Of a stretch of DNA of 64,000 nt, positions 1 to 45,148 are shown piece by piece. The number at the start of each line of letters is the position of its first letter. Position 1 is the stretch's first letter. Source of the DNA: Bugula neritina (Eukaryota; Animalia; Bryozoa); the NCBI GenBank assembly GCA_964035545.1, contig OZ037767.1, positions 24,816,628-24,880,627 of the forward strand, read 5' to 3'. The position numbers and the translations under genes are program-made. Below the pieces are notes generated by a model. That model searched no databases. It was not told the origin of the DNA and saw only the letters and a program-made list of their open reading frames with translations.

Positions 1-995
1 AAAGTTGTTTTCTATATATAAAGTGATAGATTCGAAAGTAATTGTCGTATAATATACATACACCATAACTATGTCAATACTATATTAGCATATAATACAT
101 AATAGTAATACATCACAGTTTATGAATGCAGTATCTTAGCATGTTTCTGCAGTAAAACAAATACAATAAAACAGTTGTAGGCATGTTTGAAATATAATTT
201 TACACTATTATTTCAACAAGAGATTATATAATTTGTGAAATGTGTACCACATGAACAATTAACTATATTTACATTGATACAGTTTGATGATATTTAAATA
301 TTTTTATAGGAATTTAAGCCGGGTGAATTTAGTTCAAATACACAAACTCTTTCTAACTTCAACAGTATTTAGTAACTGGTAAAACAAATTCTGGTGTATT
401 AATTAGTGCTTTATAAGTATTACAGTGTGCAGAGTGTAAACTCATTAGCTGATAAATTAGTGTACATGTGACTATTAAGTGGCAGCCTTATTCAACTGTA
501 CAATTCAGTGTACAGAGTGTTTGGCGAGAAATTTCTTGGTTGAAATGCGATTTACTTTATCTTTGTGAACAAAAAAGTTAAATAAAAAGGCTAATTGACA
601 GATCGAAACAAAGTTAAGCACAACTGCTATATATTCAAAGCTTTTATATGGCCAAAAATTTAAGTAAAATTCAAATCATAATAAATAAGTTAGAAAACTA
701 CAGTGTAATATTAAATATTAACATTCTGCTTTGATTGGTTATAATAATTAATATATTTAATAGTCTGCCTTTAATAACTTTCATTTTACTAGCATTCATT
801 GCAATACGAATAGGGTATTGCTCATTGCATGTGAGAAAAACTTTTTAGAGCATAGCATAATCATATTATTTATAGTATATTTAATTATGTAAATGGCAAA
901 GACAATGAGTATTGGTTAGATTAAATCTACATTGAGTGGCTGACCAAAATGTACAACTAGGACTGTATTAGTTTTATTTATTGTTGTATTTTTAG

Positions 996-11048
<10,053 letters not shown>

Positions 11049-13995
11049 GAAGACAACTCTGCGAAAGTTCCACCCAGCAGCTGTTTAAGTCACTTGCCAA
11101 CCTTTAAATACATTTATTTATAATCGACCCAAGAACATGTTTACAACATAGACTCTAGGCTGAAAACAACACGATGCTATATGATAGGTTTGCAGTTGTA
11201 CAAGCATGCAGTCATTTGTTGTGTCCATGCTAAGACAACTCCATAGAACACATAATCATTAACAGAGATCTGACCATGTGATAAACTAAAGCCTATTTGC
11301 AAAGCCTCTTAGCCTAGTCAAACAATGTCAAAATGGTTGGTTGTTATATTTAGCAATTTGATGTACCATAAAATGTAAGCATAATGTTTTCAAATCAAAT
11401 ATTTTATGAGCCTAAAGTATTATTGCAAGGTGCAACAAGTTCATATTGCATAATACCAAAAAGAACTCACAGTATTTATTCTGTTGACTAATTAGTCAGT
11501 ATAGGAGATTTTGATTTTAATAATCGTAAAGTTTTTGAACTTGTTTCTAGTTTTTTGTCGCAAATAAGTATCTGGTAGTAATTTATTTTATGACTTTTTG
11601 TATTAAAATCAAATTTTATACAGTATAGAACAATTTTTTATAAAAATATATTTCAAGTTGTATAAATATTATACCTAGTTTAACAGTACAATTCTATAAT
11701 GGGTTTGTAAAAGCACATGCAGGCGATTTGTTAGAAAATAGATATTGTACCTGTATGTTGATTTACTAATTTAATCAAAATTTTGCATCTGTCAAATATA
11801 TATTTTTCTTTTATAAATACTAATATATTTCTTTTTAAAGATTCATAGATGATAATAGTTGTTACAATACACACACAGACACTTGCTAGTTATGTTGTTA
11901 TGCTTTTTTGCCAATTTAATATGACTGTTTATAATTTTCATATTTTTTTAGTAAAAGAAAGTTGTTGCTATAGTTGCCAGTTTTGATATTTTTCAATACA
12001 TTGACTGAAGGTTCTATAATATCATTTATGGTTTGGTTGTTGGATATGGTAAAGAATGTAATATACTTGCTCTCTGTTGGTGGTGAAACTATTGTCGCAA
12101 TAAAATTATATAAACCTTCATTTTGACAAGACTGGTTTGTCTTTAACCAACAGTTGCAGATGCAAACTTGTAAGATCAACTGTAAATTTTTCAGCAACAT
12201 GGTTATTCAAAAGTATATAATTCAGGTTGCTGCAGTATGCAACACTTGGCAATAGTTGAAATATTGCTGAATTAGATTTCTTTTTACACTTGGCCTAAAT
12301 TTTGACCACAAACAAAATATTTCACAATTTGGAACTCATTATTTGTATGTTGTATAGATATTATTTATCTTGAATAATTTACTTGAATGTTAGTCAACTT
12401 ATTTAAAAAATAGTTTATAATTTCTACTTAAGTCTATAGCTTATTTAAATGATATTTGAAGCACAATATAAATGTTATTTTATTTTGTGGAGAGTAGACA
12501 AAGTGATTTTCTTTTAATTAGACTGTTTGTTGATTATTCAAATTAAATTATTGTTGAAACAGTTGAAACTGTTGGTACTCATACACCAGTATAACTACAC
12601 AACTATAAGTCCATGGCTTGAATTTAATGCAGGCATTGGCATATACTTCATACAAACCTGGTTATGTAATTTTTCTGAACTAGAAAATGTAGTCATATAG
12701 TCAGTCCTATAAATATGATAGCTAAGTTAGTAAGATAAAAATATATTTTGTTAATATAGACTACTCAGCATAATGTTTATAATATTAACAAGCAACACAG
12801 CTCAGCTCTGCTTACAGCAGTTCAACAAAGCGGTTTCTTTATCATTCTTTAGCCACACTTTAATTCTAAATATATTATAATGTTACATTATGTGATTACA
12901 ATAATACAATCATAACTCTAATTATAAAAAAACATTTTCAACAACCAAAATGTAAAGAATGAGAGTAATACATATTTTCAACATCTTTAAAAATTCCTGT
13001 AGCTAAAAAGTTTTGAATTATTATTATTTAAATAAAATCAAATATATTTTTAAACTTAGCTAACCAGAAAACAAGTAAGTATAATATGAATGTTGAAGTT
13101 AATATAGATTGCATAAAAATTTATATCACAAAAAGTTTCAAGTTATTCATGTGTCATGCATATAATATATAGTTAGCTAGTAACATGAAGATTAAAAATA
13201 AAAAATGAAACAAATAAGGAACGTGGTAATATTGCAAATCATGGGATTTTCTCAATACTTACTTCACACTTGTAACTTATTTATCTGTTTATCTGTATAT
13301 GGTCAGCAATGTATTAAAATGTTCAGTTTAAGTTACTTATTTGTTGACTCTGAATTGGTCACAGCTCAAAACATTTCACAGCAGATACACTTGTTCATCG
13401 TTGAGACCTGTAGTTATGCATAATTGGTAATTGAAGTACTTGTCACTGTAGTTTTTAATGTTAACATATAAGCCCAATTTACAACTTTTTCTTTCAAACA
13501 TGTCAGAAAAAACGTATATAAAACAATTCAAGCGCTCCTTTATTACCAAATTGTTGCAGCTCAACATCATGGCACACTTTTTTAATGATCCTTTACACAG
13601 CTTCTCAATATGATACATAGTTTGCCAACTGCTAATTTTCATCTAAGTGTAAACATGAATTATGTTTCATCATCATGCGCAGTTTAACCCGTTAAGTTAG
13701 TTTTATGCAAAACAACATGTAGAAAACCTCCATATAAGTAAAACTATTATATACATTGGTGGAGCACTAGAAAAACCTTATTAATTTAATAAAAAAAGAG
13801 TGTTAGAAACTTTAAATATGCCTATAAGACTCAAGATTGTCTATGTTATAGAAATTATCAGAACCTGAAGCCATTTGGTTTCATCTCACACATCATGTAT
13901 ACAACTTTTTCTACTCTTTTTACATTTTCTAAATGACCTGTTTACATAACCCAACTGTTTTCAGCAGTACCTCATGATGTTTTCTAGGCTTGGCA

Positions 13996-29071
<15,076 letters not shown>

Positions 29072-29830
29072 AGTTGAAGAATAAGCTGTTTTTGTGTATG
29101 CAATCTATATACATATGTATTTACTTGGGAGATGAAACTAGCACTCAACTAGACGTATTAGTTTTATTTTGAATAATTTTAAAATTTGCTTTTCTCATAC
29201 CCAATAAATTGAGATTTGAGGGCAACAATGTTATATTTTATGAAGCAAAATGTCGGTTAGCCATAGACTGATTTCAAAGAAAAAACCATCTCTCTATTAT
29301 AGGCTAACATCAAGTATTATTAAATTATGTTGGATTGCATGCTGTTGTGTTAACCTTTACTATGGTAGCTGCGAGTGTCTACAGAGCCTGTACAAGTATG
29401 CACAGACCAAAAACATTGGAATAAATTCTCATAAATGGTAAAATGGAATCAGTGATTTTATTGGTTGCAGTGAGTCCAACAGCAAAGATTTTCATTCATA
29501 GTTGAGTGAAAAGTACAATGCAAATTAATAATGGCTAAAAAAAGGTATAATCATGAAAATATTAAAACAATCTTGAATGTTTCCCTCTGTTTACCGAAAC
29601 ACACGAGCTTTAGCCAAAACTAAATATATTTCTTTTCATAGCCTTCAAAATTCATTCAGCACCAAGTTCATAAGCCATTTCTCAATGTTTGTCTGCTTGA
29701 CAAAAGATGTCAAGAAAGAGAGGGGGCAAAGGGAGAGACAGAAAAAGACAGAGGGGGGTGGAGGTAGAAAGAGATGTAAAATGTAGGACAGTTAAATGAC
29801 GAAAGAGTTGGTAGAAACTATAAGTGGCCC

Positions 29831-32800
29831 TTATGAAGAAGGAGGATGTAGTTCGTTGTGTTCATTATCTTCACCATCAAGGAATAGTGCTGCAAATACG
29901 CTGTTGAAGTAATCATTGTAATTCTCACAGCCTCTTTTGCTGTCAGGAACAAAGTTACACTCTAAAAGTTGAGGCACCATGATGGGATGACCTGAAAGAG
30001 AGACAAAGCAGATTCTCAATTACAGTAATAGAGCAGTTTCCAAGTCTTCATAACAAATTGATGCATTAAACTATATGAAAGTGAATGCCTATCACCGAAA
30101 CTAAGTATTATAGAACTCAGTGAACAGGTTAGCTGTGGTTTTGTGGGTAGAGCAATGTCCTAGCAAGTGAAAGGTTACGGGTCTGAATCCTGGCAGGGCC
30201 ATTAGTGATGCTAGGAAAGACATTTGGTCATAATTACTCCTGTGCTACGTTGAAAGCCCTCTAACCTTATTACCAGAATAGTGAGAGACACAATTCTTAA
30301 CGATATACTTATTAGAGGTTTCTACAGTGAATGAGACGGAGAGATGTGAGTTTGTTACAGAACTCTATGAACATACTCAACCAATAAGAAAAAAGTTAAC
30401 ATTACGAAGATGCACTTTAACTAAGACATCTAAGCACTGCAAAACACGTGAAATAAGATGTACGAAACCCACAAATCTTGATGTATACTGAAAAACGAGC
30501 ACAGAGAAACTTACCGTTACTGTTGACATCCCATTTAATCATAAAATCCAAAGCGTAATGAGCCCGGGACTGAGGGTAACTCGGCATACCATAAGGCGGG
30601 TCTTTACTTGATACAGCTTCCAGTAACTCCCTTATGCACTGCAGAGTGTCATTCTGAAGATATAGAGAAGGTAACCCTCATAGCATTGCTAATAATAACA
30701 GAAACTACGACCTAGATATAGCTAGATAGCTGTGGCGCAACTATACTAGTATGTAACATCTAACTTACAAGCAATCACAGCTTATTGGTGTAAGATGGGG
30801 CAACTTCAACATGGCGGTTTAGTGACTAATTATTAGCATACTTTACAGTGTACATTGAAAGATGTTCACATCTCACAATAAGCAAAACTAATGGCCTTTC
30901 AGAGCATTTTTTAATAAAGTCTGGCAGAATTTCCATACTAAATGTGTTAATCTAACAACAAGTAGCATAAAGCTTAAAAATTTCAAAAGATGCCATAACT
31001 TGAACCAGCCAAAAGAGCTAAAACTAACAACTGGTGAATACTTTGAAAAATTGGCAAATAATAAAAATTATATTAATTACATTAAATCATTAATTGAATA
31101 AATTAAACTTATTAGGTAACTATATTGCAAGCCGTACTACAATAGAAGCTAGCATGGTTTGTAAATTATAAGCCATTAAAGCAAGGCAATCAAATTAAGG
31201 AATACGCACAGTTTTGGCCTAATTTTTTCAAAATCCACACAAAAATGGCTGAGAACCGCAGCCAGCATAAATTTTAAATTCGGAATTTAATAATTTTCAA
31301 TAACTATTATAATTTCAAAAGTGGTTATGTGTGTTTTAACCTTTTTCAGAATTAAGGAGAAAAACTACAAACCTCTACGTTACTCCATGGAAATTCCGGG
31401 TATTGTCTATTAAACTCTGGTACAAACTGGTCATATAGCAGTGTGAGTAACTTGTCGGGGTTGGTGTAGTTGTGTGCAGTGAAATGTTTCTCATAGTTAT
31501 CAAATGAGTCAAGTGAGAACTCCCTGAGGGAGAAGAGAATGTACAGAATTTAACTGTTGAGTTCTCACATCGGCAATACTAAATCCACACCACTAATGTA
31601 TATAACTCAGTAGGTAAATACTACAGAGCAAATGAACAATGAAGCTACACATGAGTACCAAGAACTCCTCTAAGAGTTAACAATAACCTCAACATAAAGG
31701 TTTAGCCAAAGGTGTAGCAGAAAAGTAACACTATTGTAACTCACACATTAGCGAAGCTGAGAAAAGCATTTTTGTAGCAGGTAAACTTCAACGGCTTAAG
31801 ACTTTTGAGATACACCTCATATCTGCAGTTGAATTTGACTTTCCCAATTTCTACAACAAATCAGAAGATGGAAGTAAAATAGTTGAGAAGTAACCACAGG
31901 CTGAGAAAAAGTTTTGACTTCAACACGCTGAGGTGACGTCAAAAATTACACATACATCTGAGTTAGAGTAGAGAGGCAATACTTCCTGTCAGCTCTATTC
32001 ATATGCTGTACTTTAAAACTTTAACTTTTTAAAACAGTTTGGCACAAAGTAGATCAGAGTAATCAACTGTTAGACTAAATGTTACAGATCCAACCCACAA
32101 AATCAATGGTTACTAGACACTGACAGTCTACCAACTACAAACTAACCAGGTCTTTCAAACAGAACTGGGTTCTCAATGTATTTCATAGCTATATATGGAC
32201 CAGTCTCCGGGAGTCGTACAAGATGGTTGATATTTCCTGTTATCACATGACCAATACCTCTACCAAGATTCCAAGGCTTTGCAATCCACAAGTTATCTTC
32301 TCCTCTAAAAACCACAAACTTGCTATATACTTTGCCATTGTAACTACTTACTGTAAGCAACATCTTCAAACAAGTCACATATCTCATAGCTCAGTTGATT
32401 TGGTTGTGGGTGAAAACAATAATTGAGTCAGTAATAGAGAATCAATCTGATAAATAGTCCTTGTAACATGATTCTGTTTTAAAATTTAAATCAGTAGCAT
32501 AATTACTCTACAACAATACACCAACGAACATAAAATTACTTTTTATTGATATACTGTACAAACAGGAGTAGTAAAGGAGATAATACCTTTCCGCTCTCTT
32601 TTGAAAGTGACAGATGAATTCTGGAAGATTTAGATTCAGGTTGTAAGTCACAGGAAGCCATGCTGGATGAGATTTACCATCTGTGGCAGCTCTTCTAGCC
32701 ACCGTAGCCAGCAAATCCTTGACAGTCAGCAGAGACTCAAATGGAAACTGGTTCAATAGGACATCCCGTGAGCTCAGCTCCCTACACACAATACATATTT

Positions 32801-35720
32801 TTATATTATAGTGAAATAACCACTAAAATATTTGTTATGCTTTGAAAGTCAAACAAACCAATCACAAGATGAAGGTCAATGCATCAGCTTCTTTTGTGAG
32901 TTGTGTTTGCATAGAAAATAGGCAACACATAACTTGAAATATTTGAACTGACGCAATGCAAAGAGATGATTCCAGAAATGAACAAGGGGGGACAATTTAT
33001 CTTTTGGGTCCGTGTTTTCATTTACATTTTTTTGCGTTACAAATTTATACCCTCAAAAATCTAACCTGAAATCACGAATATGACTGGTTTGAAAGATGAC
33101 ATCAGCTTTCTCTCGAGATTCCGTCAGCTCAAATCTTCCATGAGTAAGATACTTTTGAACTAACTTATAGTCAGTCCAAACTAGTAACTTCCTGTTGGTT
33201 GGCATGGTTACGGTCCTTGTATTTACAGTATCTACATCATCAAACCTTGACATCTACAAGCATTACGACATTTTACCTCGATAAACTATGAACATGAGTC
33301 ACGGGACTGTATACAATCTTGGACAAGGTGTTTCTCTGTCCTAAATAGCATCATTTTATCAAAATGTCTGAAAGATACAAAAGAATCTTTAAACTCTCCA
33401 TAACCAAAGCTCATAGCCCAGAGTATGCAGCTGAAGACACAACATGTAGCTAGCATTCCATCAACAAGTGTCAATAGTGTCAGCTTGCCAGTAAAACTGC
33501 CTATTTACATTTCCATCCTTGACATTGTACCTCCAAAAATGAGAGTGCATTCACTCAGGCTCACTTTTACTTACAAGTGAAAAGTGGTAAACATTCTATT
33601 GCCAAGAAATGTGGTATTAAAATCTATTCTATTTGTCAGAGGCTTTGAATAATGCAATCATGGACTTGACCAATGGCAGGTAGAAATTCTACGACTTGCA
33701 TAATTTTCAAAATCTTGTTTTAACAGAAATTTCCTCATTTTTTAAGCATCATTGCAATATAATCATAAATCGTTGATATTGACATTATAGAGGTGGTATG
33801 CATATCAACAGTTGGCGGCGAAGAGCTTAAATTCATAAATAAATGGAGACAATTTCAGCTGACATCAAATGTAGCATGTCTTACACCAGATTGCATAATG
33901 GCAGGTTATTCTATAGCATTATCTGCAACAAAACCTTAAAATAATCTGCCCCGGGCTCTTCAACATCTTCGTCAATCTCAGTGAAATCGCAGGGATTCCA
34001 AGGCAACAGATGTGCAAGACGAGACAATTCCTCATCAACAGGTACATGACTAGCATAGTCCCTTGTGAGTTCATCTATTAGAAGCAGAATAAAGAGTTAG
34101 TAGTAGCATACGTCAGCTATTAGAAGTTGGTTTGTGCCAACCTGAAAGAATAGAACATGATGACTAATGCTAAGAGCTTACAGTTACACCAAAATTAGAC
34201 AGAACTTGAGTATGACAAATCCAAACGCTTCAATTTTATATAAAATAATAATTTTAAAATTAATGCAATTCAACGTGAAAAGTATGTGAGAAATATAATT
34301 ATATTAAGTAAGTATGGTCGGGGTAAGTAACAAACCTTCAGCATCTAAGTCATGCAGCAGCCAAAATATGCTTAAAGCCGTCTTATTCGCCGTATAGAAA
34401 AAAGGCACCATTTTGATCGAGGGCTCATCTGAATGCTGTATTCTCGATCCTAACTCATCCAGCACATACCATACGGGACGCGACTCATTTGAACCCTAGT
34501 TATAATAAAATATAGCCTATGTTTTAAACTAACAACACTTGAGGCTTACCGAATCTGTTTGGGATATTAGTTTCATAAAATAGGAGAGCTCAAGTGTCTC
34601 AGAAACATACTATTTATGGTTTACCTACATTTTTTTAGGGGCATTTTACTCTACCTACAATGTGCAAACGCGTTATGCGGGTTAAGATACTAAATTTCCA
34701 AAGTTTATGATACATAAAGACTCCCACGTTTCTCAAATAAAACCAAATGTACTTTAAAGCTTTTGATTCATGCAACATTAAACATGGTGCAATAAATTGG
34801 TAACAACCTTGCAAAATAAGAAACAGAGCTTACACTAACCCTTTCAAAACCCGCAAAACTGTAGGTCTGATTAAACAGCCACATCTTGTCCAGAACAATG
34901 TCTATTTTATCTTTGTCCCCCTCACCAGATGTAATACTCATCAGGTTACACATGCGCTCCAGTAGGCCGTTCACATCTGCTAACATCTTCTTTGCAGTCT
35001 CCGGATTATCAAATGTCCATGCATGATCAACAATGAAGATGCTAACAAAAATATTTATTTCCCTGTGGCATAAGATTACCTTTCAAACGGGATTAATACC
35101 AGAAATTGGCTAAATTACATCTGCAAGGCAAGTTCTACAAATTATGTGATACTAAGAACAATCTGCAGAAAATTTACGGTTAAACTTGTAATATCTTCCA
35201 GTAAAAGTACTTTAAACACATTAATTTTACTAGAATGTGCATAAAAATGAACAAGGAGAAAACTGTAAAAAATTTGAAATGGGGTAACATTTACCTGGCT
35301 GGTTCACTTTTCTTCACACCACTAGGATTGGATACGACAACTTTCCAACTAACCTCATCACTGTCTTCATACTCAACTTTTACTAGCGAGAAGTTTAACC
35401 CAGCATCAAATATCTGAGTCAACATGCACCAAGTTAGCAATAATAATTTGATAAAAATGCCTACTAAAATTATTTCTTTTTAACAACATTTATATGATAA
35501 CATATACGTTAATAAAAAAAAAACTACCAACACCAAATGTTTTAAGCTAAATCATAAAAATGCCGTGTTTATCAAAGTAACAGCACCAGTGATGGTTTAT
35601 GTTAATACTCACTTCATTGCGGACTTTATTATGTAGAGCTTCCCATAAGTGTGATGGCACCCCATTGTTCACCAGTTGGGCTTCATGCAAAGTCAAGAAA
35701 TCTTGAAATTCTGTTTCCAT
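29831..35720 (-). CDS. TTLL12: tubulin--tyrosine ligase-like protein 12
   Basis: Twelve phase-compatible exons: 35720-35613, 35413-35295, 35041-34840, 34495-34336, 34074-33935, 33253-33066, 32781-32587, 32304-32147, 31850-31745, 31523-31373, 30653-30515, 29991-29831. Motifs IFIVDHAWT, WYVLDELGSRIQHSD, NQFPFE, WLPVTYNL, DNLWIAKPWNLGRG, KYIENPVLF, PQLLECNFVPD. Confidence 0.93.
30128..30250 (+). mobile_element. degenerate tRNA-derived SINE (head plus core)
   Basis: Aligns by eye with 47619-47740, including the core GGCCATTAGTGATGCTAGGAAAGACAT..GTCATAATTACTCCTGTGC. Confidence 0.65.
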
Positions 35721-38700
35721 TTGCCCTAAAAATAATTTAAACAGGCATTTGCAATGAGCTTTTAAGCTTTACATATACATAGTCCACAAAATCATTTTTA
35801 TCATTAAAAAAAGTTAGGATATATGACAAATGGCAAGAGTCATGAAGTTAAGCAAGAGATAGGTGGAAATTCTGCAGCAAAGTTCAACTGTATGCGCTAC
35901 AAACTACTTCAAGTTATATTGGTTCAAGCAAAAGCATTTATCTGGTGATTTTGAATAAATTGCTATAAGTTTTGAAAATAGGAAAATCCTGAAAATCTTA
36001 ATTTTAAACAATTCATTTTATAGCAGCCTGTGAAATAAACTAAAACAGGGTTGATCTAAAGATTAATAAGGGATTTTCGCAGTGAACCTTGCTTTAATCA
36101 TATCAATCAACCATAACTTAACCATAATGATAATGGGTATTTTAATCAGCTGGTGCTTTAGGAGTACTACAAGTACAAAAGACACAGTAATTTCAAGTTC
36201 AATTTCACTGACTTGGAATAGCTAGAGCTACAGACAAATTTCATGGGCCTTGGCAAAATAACGTTACGGCAATACTAATACAAATAGTAATACCAATATT
36301 ACTATTACTATTAGTATTAGCATTAAGCTTAGTCTAATGCTAATTCAGTAATAGTAATACTAATACTAATTCAATTAGTAATTGCAAGATTAATACTAAA
36401 TCTTGTCTAAAAGTAAAAGTAATTCTAATCAGAATGAGAATGACTATGAGTATTAGTATTAGTATTAGTATTACTATTAGTATTAAATTTACTAACTGCT
36501 TATTATAATTATATAATAATATTAATAATAATAGTTTTACTTAAACTTAGTTAATGATAATCTTATGCACTCCAAGTACAAGTATAAGCAAACTGTAAGT
36601 GTAAGTATACACTTACAGACACACACTCTCAGTCTCACAGACACAGTAACTGTGAGTGTGACACTCACACACAGTGACACAGTCTGAGTCAACGTCGACT
36701 TCGTGAGTCACACACTCACAGCCTGAGTCTTAGTATAGTCACTAGTGTACTTGTATAACTAATAATAATGGTATATTTATACTTTGTAGAGGCTATAGTA
36801 ATACTAAAAGTACATGTAAAAATTACTAATCATAAGCCTAATACTTTTGCAACTATCAGACAATCACACTGCCAATTGATCACCGAGCTCGGCATGACGA
36901 CCCCCATGCATATTTATAGGGATTGCTAAATGCAGGACAAAGTTTGGGGTCGCTGAGTACAGTGTTTGGACTATACGCATCTTTATCTGAACTCTAAACC
37001 TCACACTTCAAACTCAATACTTCCAAAACTTGCGCTGCATCAAGCGATTGTCTATTTTTTTTATAGTTGAATAGTCCGAGAACCAGTCTATCATATATCT
37101 TTAAAAAATAAGACATCCTACATAATATACTATACAGTTTATAACGTGCATCTTCATGGTTGGTAATGCACAGTAAAAAAAATATATCTACACTATGAAT
37201 ATGTAATGTTGAGGTCAAGTGAAAGAAACTTCGCATCTTGCCCACTTTCTTACTTACATAGAGTGGTCAGTTTAGTGAGCCCTGTTCTGAGTACAGAGTT
37301 CGGTTTCCTGTGAGAAGGAAATTTTACGATGGCCTGGCCTCCGCCTCGCCCTTGAAATTTAATGTTTATTTATATTTTAGTTAATGCTGTAAGTGTAATA
37401 ATAACAATTATTAATAGTTATACTTATTGATATAGTAATAGTTAATCACTTAATGTTATGCTTATTAATTATATATAATATATAAATGCATAGTTTTAGT
37501 TTAAATTTAATAATTATAATACTAATAGTAATACTATTACAGTAATACTCTAATACTAATAGTAATAGTAATACTAATAGTAATACTAATAGTAATAGTA
37601 ATACTAATAGTAAATGTAATAGTTGTAACATAAAACTCAAGTTGAGTAAATCAAAATGACTAAATCTAAATTTAAATGAAAATCAAAATGTAATTAAATT
37701 CAAATTGATCAATTTTAAATGAATTAACTATTACTAATATTATAATAATTTTTATTTTATGATGATTTTAAAGTTAATGATAATCATAATGATAACGATT
37801 CTGATTGTAACTATCTCTATGAGAGTATGACTATGAGTATCAGTATGACTATCACTATCAGTATCAGGGATACTGTAACTGTAATGGTAAATCACACACA
37901 GACAGGCTAGTTAGCCTGTTAAGTTAATGTGCACAATAATGTTTAGACTACTGCCCAAGTACTGAACACTTATTTTCTATACGTGGCACACCTCTTCTTC
38001 CCTCTAGGAAGGTTCAGTGTGGAGATAGCATCAACAGGTATCGCTCAGTTATACCCTTATCTAAGTCACACTTACAGTTATTAAGTGTTATACAGTTATA
38101 TTTATACTTAGAGTTACTGTTAGTCACTATGAGTATGACTATCACTATCAGTTTGAGTATCGCTATTACTATAGTCTATGAGAGTTATAAAAGATGATTA
38201 GCAATATAATTATAGAACAAATACTATTTCAGTATTTGTTTATTTTTGTTTAGCTATTTGAAATACCCAAACAAAAATTATAATTTTTTACTGATGCTTA
38301 TATCAAATTTAATTGATAATTTAATATATTACTTAAAATACTAACCAATTAATGAATTATGATTATCAAAAAATGTTCCTAAAATTTGAATTTCCGTTTA
38401 TTGACTTTATGCTTGAATTTATTGTGCTACACAAAACTAAAACTAAATATAATTTTACTTGTGTATATATATAGTCACACTGCATAATAATACTGATAGT
38501 GATATTTTTAATTTTGTTTGTACATTGAACCATTTCAGAAGGAAGTGACATGAATGTGAGATATACTATTGCTATGGTTATTGCGATTTGTACCCTCTTA
38601 GTCATATCTTATAGTTGTACTTGGATTGTATATATGTGTTACTTGTTCATGCAATATATGCTGTTAATGACCAGTTGTAAAATGTATCTAAATGTATTCC

Positions 38701-39624
38701 TTTTCCAAACTAATTGTTGGAAAGTTGGTCATTCCTAATTGTTTGATAATTTTTTGTTACTTTATGAATTTTGAATATCAAGAAGATGCACTAATTGAAA
38801 TGAATGTGGATAGGGCCAATAGGCTGCTCTCTACTAATGGGTAATAACTTTGACTGCGTTCCCTAAGACCTCTAAATGGTTATGATTGATTCAATGTCAT
38901 GTTTTACTATTTCATAGCATATTATCCTACCGTTAAACTGACAATAACAGCAATAGATTTTTATTATAATCATCACCAGTGTTTAATATGTTATGTTAAT
39001 ACCTAAATTTGATGATAAAATTTCATTTTCAGCTTATAATTGTGATGAAATTTTATATTGGAATTGCCACTGTATAAATACTTAGTTCAAATATGAATAT
39101 CACCATTCATTATAATACTAATATCAACTGGTTGTTGAAATGGAGATTTTATCATGTCTTTTATGATTATAACTGGTATAGATGGGAATAAATAAAATAA
39201 AATTAGGGGTGTAGCATTTTTATTTAACAAAGTTGATGCAATGTTGGGTCAGAAGGCATCCCATAACAGATGTAACCTGCCTAGTTAAAGAGGAATTGAT
39301 AAGGGTAGAATATACATTTTATTAGTACTTGAAGTGTTCACTATAAAGATGAAGAGTGTTGAGCTGCCACGTGGCTAAGCGTGTTATCTGGTGGCAAACC
39401 AATTACAGAGCACCTGTGGCTTAAAGTAATTGCCCAAGAATTCTGTAACTGACAGTCATCAAATCACACAAACATTTCATTCAACGTGTTTGCTTCTGTA
39501 CTCTTTCAAATCTCTTTGTGCCCTTCTTTTCACTAACAACTAGATTTAGTTTGTTGATATAATCGTTGATTGCATCTTTTTATGTTTGTACTTGTTGCAG
39601 ATACTTTTGGGCTGATGCATCATA

Positions 39625-44447
<4,823 letters not shown>

Positions 44448-45059
44448 ATGAAAGTTGAGTGAAAGCCATGAAATATTCAGCATGGTGCAGGTTTTATGAT
44501 TGCTTCATGATCCCCTGTCTGAGAATTTATACAAGTTGTCTAACATCTACTCGGTTAATAATCTTGCTTCCAACAGAAAGTAATATCTCTATAGTTTATG
44601 CTATAAAATCTATTTCTATAATATAATTTATTATGCTTGTTTGGTATTAACACGTTGTCTGGATTATCGGTGCATTATAGCATCATTTATGCTCATTTTC
44701 CAAGAATTTGCTCAGTCTAATACAACTTTATTTTAGATTATAATTTATTGTTATGTAACAATTATTTAACCACAATGAAACCTGGTGGAAAATGCTCCTA
44801 ATAGTTTATTTATGGTTGTTGGTTTCAATCTGAACAGTGTGAGAACTCTTGTCAAAAGGTTTTCCTGGTGTAACAGTCCAAGAATATTTTCAGGGACTAT
44901 TATGCAGGTAATTTGCTTATGTGGGTGCTGTTGATATTATTGATGTGTGTTGTTAGTACAGAATGCCGAGCAATATTGGAGCTGCCGTTCCAAATGCAGA
45001 CGTTAACTAAACACTGTTTTTGTATTGTTGTAAACGCAGAGCTGAGAGTTGTAGAAAGT

Positions 45060-45148
45060 ATCATGCTGCAGGTGGGGTTTGAACCCACCCAGTACCTGCT
45101 CATTTAGCTCGTTGGCTCCCTCATCCACTACTCTACAAGACCAGCCCT
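45060..45148 (-). mobile_element. tRNA-like SINE head (different family) or tRNA pseudogene
   Basis: Minus strand shows an A-box-like TAGAGTAGTGG and a T-arm GTGGGTTCAAACCCCAC, but no complete cloverleaf. Confidence 0.45.

Noticed and set aside
37261-37360. GC-rich stretch considered as an snRNA, RNase P or MRP gene
   Set aside because: I found no diagnostic conserved motifs; it is more likely promoter/5' UTR or a repeat remnant.
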